Below, one piece after another: positions 7,603-12,254 of a stretch of 12,254 nucleotides of DNA. The position numbers and the translations under genes were made by a program. Numbering within the stretch: the stretch's first letter is position 1; the number at the start of each line of letters is the position of its first letter. The stretch comes from Candidatus Hermodarchaeota archaeon (GTDB lineage Archaea; Asgardarchaeota; Hermodarchaeia; Hermodarchaeales; Hermodarchaeaceae): the NCBI GenBank assembly GCA_016840065.1, contig JAEOTB010000113.1, positions 1-12,254 of the forward strand, written 5' to 3'. Below the pieces are notes generated by a model. The model saw only the letters and a program-made list of their open reading frames with translations. It was not told the origin of the DNA and did not search any database.

Positions 7603-8082
7603 ATGAAGCTTGGTGAAGTCTCAAAGATGGTGGTCGACTTCTTGCGCAGTAGTCCTAGCAAGGAATTTACTGCTAATACTGTTCTCCTGCATTTAGGTTT
7701 GCCACCAGAACAGAAACGACGGGTTTATGATGTTATCGAAGTATTGGCATGTGCTGGGCAGATAACAGTCCGTAAAGAGGGAAGAAAACGACACTTCCAA
7801 TGGATTGCTACACCAGCTCCTGAACCTGTGGAGTCGGTGGAGCTCGATCTCCCCGAGAATTCTCCATTCAGTGAGGCAGGGACAGTTCTTCATGTACTGC
7901 TTCATTTCAATGCTCGTGCATTCCAAGAACTCTCGAATGAAGCTACGATGGGAATGCTTGAAAGAGATATAAAACGTGCGGTCTTGGGGGCAAACGCAGT
8001 CAGTATAACCCGAATTACACTCCAGAATAGTCAAGGGCGTATTTTGAAACAATCTCCGAGTGCTCTTCCTGCTGCTGTGTGA
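7603..8082 (+). CDS. Winged-helix DNA-binding protein of E2F/DP type with an uncharacterised C-terminal domain
   Basis: Residues 1-69 read KLGEVSKMVVDFL...QKRRVYDVIEVL..AGQI..RKEGRKRHFQWIA, matching the E2F/DP pattern SLG.L...F...L...QKRR.YD..NVL...G.I......[FI].W.G. SD-like GAGG at 7591-7594. Confidence 0.75.
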   Translation: MKLGEVSKMVVDFLRSSPSKEFTANTVLLHLGLPPEQKRRVYDVIEVLACAGQITVRKEGRKRHFQWIATPAPEPVESVELDLPENSPFSEAGTVLHVLLHFNARAFQELSNEATMGMLERDIKRAVLGANAVSITRITLQNSQGRILKQSPSALPAAV

Positions 8083-8112
8083 AGTCAAAAACATAGTAGT
8101 TGATTCGAAAGG

Positions 8113-8505
8113 CTAGCCTTGTTCTTCTAAATCCTTTCTAACCGATTCATAGAAGCTGATAGCTTCTTCACCACGACGTTTAACCATTATCTTAGGTTCA
8201 ACACCTTCGAGCCGTCGCTGTACCTGAAGAACTCCAATCTTTGGTATTTTTCTGACAAGTTGTCGTCGAAGAAAGAGGGTAATGGCAATATCCTCTATCC
8301 GTGCAGCAAGGTGGGGTTTAGTTTGCCTTAGCTCAACAAGATAAGAGACAGCATCAGGCATGAAAATTTCTTGGATAAGTCGTTGCCGCTTCTGCTGCTG
8401 TTCCTCTTCTATTTCTCTAACCGCTTCCTGCTGCTTCTTCTCCTTAAGGATGGCCTGCAGTTTTCGTCTTCGAATAATCGACAGTTCATCAGATTCCTTG
8501 GACAT
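8113..8505 (-). CDS. PDCD5 / TFAR19-family DNA-binding protein (divergent)
   Basis: ELSIIRRRKLQ, an E/Q-rich helix, IFMPDA..YL..LRQTKP.LA..IE, RKI and a basic KI.VKRR tail, collinear with the archaeal PDCD5 family. Confidence 0.75.
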   Translation of the reverse strand: MSKESDELSIIRRRKLQAILKEKKQQEAVREIEEEQQQKRQRLIQEIFMPDAVSYLVELRQTKPHLAARIEDIAITLFLRRQLVRKIPKIGVLQVQRRLEGVEPKIMVKRRGEEAISFYESVRKDLEEQG

Positions 8506-8540
8506 CGAATTAATCCCAGCTACAAGGAGAAGGCACTAGC

Positions 8541-8562
8541 CCAGTATTTTTAAGGTTTTTGA
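8541..8562. promoter_or_regulatory. Putative bidirectional TATA region between the PDCD5 and M28 genes
   Basis: + strand TATTTTTAAG (8545-8554) lies about 35 nt before the GTG at 8590. The - strand reads AAAAACCTTAAAAA about 40 nt before the ATG at 8505. Confidence 0.5.
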
Positions 8563-8589
8563 ACAATCCCATCAACATACATATTCAAG

Positions 8590-9651
8590 GTGGTCTTTTT
8601 TTTGCAGCGCTGGAATTCCCTTGTTTCTCTTCTGATAATCACGGCGTTAGTCGCCTCACCAATTATACCTATTTTTGAAACGAGTTACTCGCTGATTCCA
8701 CATCCTGTTGTCCGTTCTGATTCCCTTGAATTCAATGGCACACGTGCATTCGCTTATCTAGAGGCTCAATGTGCCTTTGGACCACGGCCACCAGGCTCAG
8801 ATAATCTGACCCGATGCGGGAATTACGTAATCTCCACACTTGAAACGCTAGGGTGGCCTGTAGAACAGCAGAACTGGACGCACATGGGAACACCTCTGAG
8901 GAACATCATTGCTGGGGCAGCTGATTTGCCTCGAATAGTGCTACTAGCTCACTATGACACAAGACCAAGGGCAGACAATGAGCCTGATCCTATAAACCAA
9001 TCACAACACATACTCGGCGCGAACGATGGCGGGAGTGGCACGGCAGCATTACTTGAACTCGCAGCAGTGCTACCAGATACTGCTAAAAATTCAGTTGTCC
9101 TCCTCTTCGTTGACGCAGAGGACTCGGGAGGTATTAATGGCTGGGAATGGATAGTGGGGTCAACATACTATGTAAACAGCCTTATCGTAAATCAGGTGGC
9201 TATGATAGAAGCTGCTATTCTTCTGGATATGATGGGCGACGCAGACCTACAGCTGAAACGCGAGGGCAGTTCCACTCCAAATCTTGTTGACAATCTCTGG
9301 GAAACTGCTGCAAACCTTGGATATGACAATCTTTTCCAAAACATACCTGGATACACACTTGTAGATGATCACCGCCCTTTCCTGCAAGCAGGAATACCTG
9401 CAGTCGATATCATTGACTTCGATTATCCTTACTGGCATACGCTTGAAGATACTCCAGACAAATGCTCTCCGGATTCACTCGAGGCAGTGGGGCGAGTAGT
9501 TGAGCAATTTGTACAAGAACAACTAGACTCGCCTTTGACGTTTCGGAATCCTCTAGGCTGGTGGATAGTCATTGGTTCTGCTTCCTTAGTCTGTCTTGTT
9601 GTTATTGTTGTGTTGTACATCCGGTTTCGAAGAAGCAAGCACACAATGTGA
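8590..9651 (+). CDS. M28-family Zn enzyme, glutaminyl-peptide cyclotransferase-like, secreted and membrane-anchored
   Basis: FGPRPPGS, AHYDTR, GANDGGSG, FVDAED, LLDMMG, DDHRPF and YWHTLEDT motifs, an N-terminal signal/TM segment, and a C-terminal TM helix followed by RFRR. GTG start (TTG at 8602 also possible). Confidence 0.88.
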   Translation: MVFFLQRWNSLVSLLIITALVASPIIPIFETSYSLIPHPVVRSDSLEFNGTRAFAYLEAQCAFGPRPPGSDNLTRCGNYVISTLETLGWPVEQQNWTHMGTPLRNIIAGAADLPRIVLLAHYDTRPRADNEPDPINQSQHILGANDGGSGTAALLELAAVLPDTAKNSVVLLFVDAEDSGGINGWEWIVGSTYYVNSLIVNQVAMIEAAILLDMMGDADLQLKREGSSTPNLVDNLWETAANLGYDNLFQNIPGYTLVDDHRPFLQAGIPAVDIIDFDYPYWHTLEDTPDKCSPDSLEAVGRVVEQFVQEQLDSPLTFRNPLGWWIVIGSASLVCLVVIVVLYIRFRRSKHTM

Positions 9652-9685
9652 TTGTATTTATTCCAATAAGGGTCTACCACCTGAA

Positions 9686-9695
9686 TATTTTTAAG
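9686..9695 (+). promoter_or_regulatory. Putative TATA box for alba
   Basis: TATTTTTAAG, identical to 8545-8554, preceded by CTGAA. It implies a start site near 9715-9720 and a leader of about 120 nt. Confidence 0.5.
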
Positions 9696-9721
9696 AGACC
9701 ATTTCGAATCTTCGTTCCTCC

Positions 9722-9825
9722 CCGGTGATGAAGCAGGAGCATAACATCTCCTACGCTTCTACAAATCAAAGAATACGATAACACTGGTGGATTCAGAAAA
9801 TACGAAAAACTCTCCTTTCAGGAGG
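9722..9825 (+). promoter_or_regulatory. Putative structured 5' leader and SD of alba
   Basis: Nested stems CCGGTG/CACTGG, GAAGC/GCTTC and AGGAG/CTCCT. The SD GGAGG (9821-9825) can pair with CTCCT (9812-9816). Confidence 0.4.
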
Positions 9826-9836
9826 AAACTAATAAA

Positions 9837-10154
9837 ATGCCAAAAGCAAAATCAACAGAATCAAAACCCAAAGCAGAGAAAGATGAAAGCGTTGTCTTCG
9901 TCGGCAGCAAGCCCCTGATGTCGTACATAACAGCCTGTGTGACACAACTCAACCGAAATCCTGATGAGCTTGTCATCAAGGCGCGTGGTCGAGCTATTAG
10001 CCGTGCAGTTGACGTCGCTGAAGTTCTACGAAACCGGTTCATGACTGACCTTAAGGTGAGCAGCATCGAAATCAGCACTGAGCAAGTGACGACTGCAGAA
10101 GGAAACACCGCAAACGTAAGCGCAATGGAAATTACTTTAGTGAAAACTAAGTAG
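9837..10154 (+). CDS. albA: DNA/RNA-binding chromatin protein Alba
   Basis: [33 protein letters not shown] and NVSAMEITL. Strong SD and a double TAG stop. Confidence 0.97.
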   Translation: MPKAKSTESKPKAEKDESVVFVGSKPLMSYITACVTQLNRNPDELVIKARGRAISRAVDVAEVLRNRFMTDLKVSSIEISTEQVTTAEGNTANVSAMEITLVKTK

Positions 10155-10217
10155 TAGCCAGTGGTTGCAAACGCCATCAGTACTCGAATATTGCAGCCTC
10201 TTCGAAAACCCTACCGC

Positions 10218-10263
10218 GGGAGAACGTTCTGCTGTTTTTTGCAGTGGTTCTCCCTCCCTTTTT
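10218..10263 (+). terminator. Hairpin plus pyrimidine tract between convergent alba and amidohydrolase genes
   Basis: GGGAGAAC (10218-10225) pairs with GTTCTCCC (10247-10254), with inner CTGC/GCAG and a T-rich loop, followed by TCCCTTTTT. Confidence 0.55.
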
Positions 10264-10309
10264 CTCTCCCGATTCTAGTAGACTTCGTTTCTCGTATTAT
10301 GTATTAGGG

Positions 10310-11869
10310 CTAGTTAGCTGTAAATACAAGGGCACCACCGATGTAGGTTTGTTTTATCTTCATTTTCCGAAGCGTTTCAGAATCTACCGAGAGGGGATTC
10401 TCAGAAAGGACTACAAAATCAGCTAGCTTACCAGGAGCAAGGCTTCCTTTCTCTTGCTCTTCGAAACTAGCATAAGCTGACTCGAGAGTATAGCATTGTA
10501 ATGCCTCCTTGATTGTAATGCGTATGTCAGGATTGGGGTGGGCAACCGCTGAGTAAAGCCCATATATCGGATCCAAAGGCATACAATCAGACCCAAAGGC
10601 CACGCGAACACCCTCATCTAGGATGCTCCGAAAATTATTCAGTCCTTGTGCACGAGCCTCTCCTAAACGCTCGTCGTACATTCCTCCAGGATTTCCCCAA
10701 CGGAGAGCGAAGTTCGGCTGCATCAACAGAAGCATATCAAGTTCCTTCACGCGTTTAAGCAGGGGTGCGGTCAGCTGCTCTGCATGGATAATGTTGTGAC
10801 GTAGCTGCTTAATCGTCTTTCTACCACTCACCTTTTCCTGACAGCTTAGCACCATATCAATAGCTGCTTCGCCAATTGCGTGGGTACTGACTTGTTGTTC
10901 TAGTCTGTTAGCCACTTCCAAAATCGAACAATATTCCTCTTCTCCCATCTCAAGGTATCCACTATTCGATGGATCATCAGTATAAGATTGATTAAGGGCT
11001 GCTGTTCGAGCACCAAGTGAGCCATCAGTAAATACCTTTATTCCACCAATCCGGAAAGTGCTGTCACCCAATCCTGAGGTAAAACCAAGTTTTACTATAG
11101 GCGCTATCAGGTCCTTATCTAAATTACAGTAGGTCCGCACAGTAAGTTCACCTGCCCTCCAGAGTTTAAGATAGCTTGCAAGGCAATGAAGTTGTGTTCT
11201 GGATAGGTTCTCGTGAACCGATGTGATGCCCAGACTGGCAGCAAATAGAGAGGCAGCGCGAATACTTTGAAGCGATTCCTCCTCCAGTGAGCGGAGGTGA
11301 CGAGTATCAACAGGAACGTCACGAAGTACTCCAGTTGGCTCTCCTGTTCGCGCATCCTTGTCAACACCCGGGTGACTAAAATCAATGTCCAACTTGTTTA
11401 ATGCAAGGGAATTTACACTATAGAGATGACCGCAAACACGTACAAGCACCACTGGATTCTTTGGTGCAACAGAATCAAGGTCAATTCTAGTAAGGTACCG
11501 GCGAACAGGCCAACCACTTTCATCCCAATTATATCCAAAGACTGTCTTTCCAGATGAAGCCCGAGCAACATACTTCCGTAATTTGGCCAAGGCATCCTCC
11601 GCAGATTCAGCATCACCCAGATCTAGATTTATTAAACGGCGTCCTAAGCCTTCAAGATGAGCATGGCTATCGATAAAACCAGGCGTTATAGTTCGCCCGC
11701 GTAAATCTAGAACGCGTCCTGCAAATCTAGCCAAACCTGCTAGCTCCTTGTTATCTCCAATCGCAATGATTCTTCCACTACTGACCGCCATCGCTTCAGC
11801 TGAAGGAAGGTCAGGGTTCATTGTCAAAATATCCGCATTTGAAACAACAAGGTCAATACGTAGGGTCAA
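10310..11869 (-). CDS. YtcJ-like metal-dependent amidohydrolase (Amidohydro_3)
   Basis: PGFIDSHAH, GIKVFTDGSLGARTAAL, HAIGE, IIHAE, FGSDC and GSLAPGKLADFVVL. TTG start with SD-like GAGGT 9 nt upstream. Confidence 0.92.
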   Translation of the reverse strand: MTLRIDLVVSNADILTMNPDLPSAEAMAVSSGRIIAIGDNKELAGLARFAGRVLDLRGRTITPGFIDSHAHLEGLGRRLINLDLGDAESAEDALAKLRKYVARASSGKTVFGYNWDESGWPVRRYLTRIDLDSVAPKNPVVLVRVCGHLYSVNSLALNKLDIDFSHPGVDKDARTGEPTGVLRDVPVDTRHLRSLEEESLQSIRAASLFAASLGITSVHENLSRTQLHCLASYLKLWRAGELTVRTYCNLDKDLIAPIVKLGFTSGLGDSTFRIGGIKVFTDGSLGARTAALNQSYTDDPSNSGYLEMGEEEYCSILEVANRLEQQVSTHAIGEAAIDMVLSCQEKVSGRKTIKQLRHNIIHAEQLTAPLLKRVKELDMLLLMQPNFALRWGNPGGMYDERLGEARAQGLNNFRSILDEGVRVAFGSDCMPLDPIYGLYSAVAHPNPDIRITIKEALQCYTLESAYASFEEQEKGSLAPGKLADFVVLSENPLSVDSETLRKMKIKQTYIGGALVFTAN

Positions 11870-11904
11870 CGTTACAATACCTCATTGAATATAGGATTTT
11901 CACT

Positions 11905-11916
11905 AACCTTATATCT
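11905..11916. promoter_or_regulatory. Putative shared TATA box of the divergent amidohydrolase / solute-binding protein genes
   Basis: AACCTTATATCT on + (GATATAAGG on -), centred in a 95-bp divergent spacer. Confidence 0.4.
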
Positions 11917-11964
11917 ACAACATCCTTGTGATAACTCGTGCCATATGTGATATGAGGCGTTATC

Positions 11965-12254
11965 ATGGTTACTTCCTACTCTATTTACATCCACCGCCTA
12001 CAGAACCGTAAAGGTACACTCTATCTTGCAGCTTGTCTGCTACTCCTTGGGGCCCTCGTCTTTGGTCTCAACATTGTCCCAGCAAGCGGTAGTACAATTC
12101 CACGTCAACTTGAACCCGCTTTCGGGTATCAAGGTCCCTACATCAATGATCTCGTCTTCAGCTTTTATCATGGCGCCGATGCACAATGGGCAGCGTTGAC
12201 AGACGGTGTTATTGATGCTGGTAATGAATTAGTAGTACCCGTGGCTAGATCTGA
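11965..12254 (+). CDS. 5' fragment of a secreted protein, probable family-5 (peptide/nickel) ABC solute-binding protein; runs off the window
   Basis: Not in the ORF track. Manual translation gives MVTSYSIYIHRLQNRKGTLYLAACLLLLGALVFGLNIVPASG...GPYINDLVFSFYHGADAQWAALTDGVIDAG... with no stop. It has a signal peptide, a GPY.D.LVF....A..AAL..G.ID motif and GAGG at 11954-11957. Confidence 0.65.
   Translation, partial: MVTSYSIYIHRLQNRKGTLYLAACLLLLGALVFGLNIVPASGSTIPRQLEPAFGYQGPYINDLVFSFYHGADAQWAALTDGVIDAGNELVVPVARS

Noticed and set aside
7651-8058. Ser/Thr-Pro dipeptides in the E2F-like protein as CDK-type phosphosites
   Set aside because: The motif is too low in information and there is no kinase or cyclin gene in the window.
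7693-8094. 133-aa antisense ORF over the E2F-like gene
   Set aside because: It has no recognisable motif, while the + strand ORF has an SD and a coherent domain.
9681-9731. C/D-box-like words CTGA (9681-9684) and GTGATGA (9725-9731)
   Set aside because: The order is reversed for a guide sRNA, there is no downstream D box, and CTGA lies upstream of the putative TATA box.
10152-10157. TAG stop of alba as a possible pyrrolysine or readthrough site
   Set aside because: The Alba fold is complete at that point, and the tandem TAG TAG reinforces termination.
916-11616. Remaining short overlapping ORFs in the track (e.g. 916-1152, 1112-1480, 2750-2995, 6270-6509, 8371-8553, 9818-10177, 10244-10426, 11119-11385)
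   Set aside because: All overlap well-supported genes in another frame or strand and lack motifs or start signals.

Overview
Archaeal chromosomal window (Alba, PDCD5/dsDNA-binding family, UPF0282 metallo-hydrolase, TATA-like boxes, sequon-rich surface protein). An Asgard origin is my inference, not shown. It has 11 complete CDS and one 3'-truncated CDS. In order: extended bactofilin-like beta-helix protein, UPF0282 MBL hydrolase, a complete bacillithiol-type set (bshB, bshA, bshC) in three separate orientations, a membrane-anchored transglutaminase-like protein, a 159-aa winged-helix protein with the eukaryotic E2F/DP signature (QKRRVYDVIEVL...GRKRHFQWI), a divergent PDCD5 homologue, an M28/glutaminyl-cyclase-like protein, Alba, a YtcJ-like amidohydrolase and the start of a probable ABC solute-binding protein. 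The top candidate for novelty is the E2F/DP-like transcription factor with its structured, motif-bearing upstream region. Next are the archaeal bacillithiol pathway with a Cys4 insertion in BshC and the structured alba leader. I saw no rRNA, tRNA, CRISPR array or mobile element. All family calls come from motif recognition by eye, with no database search.
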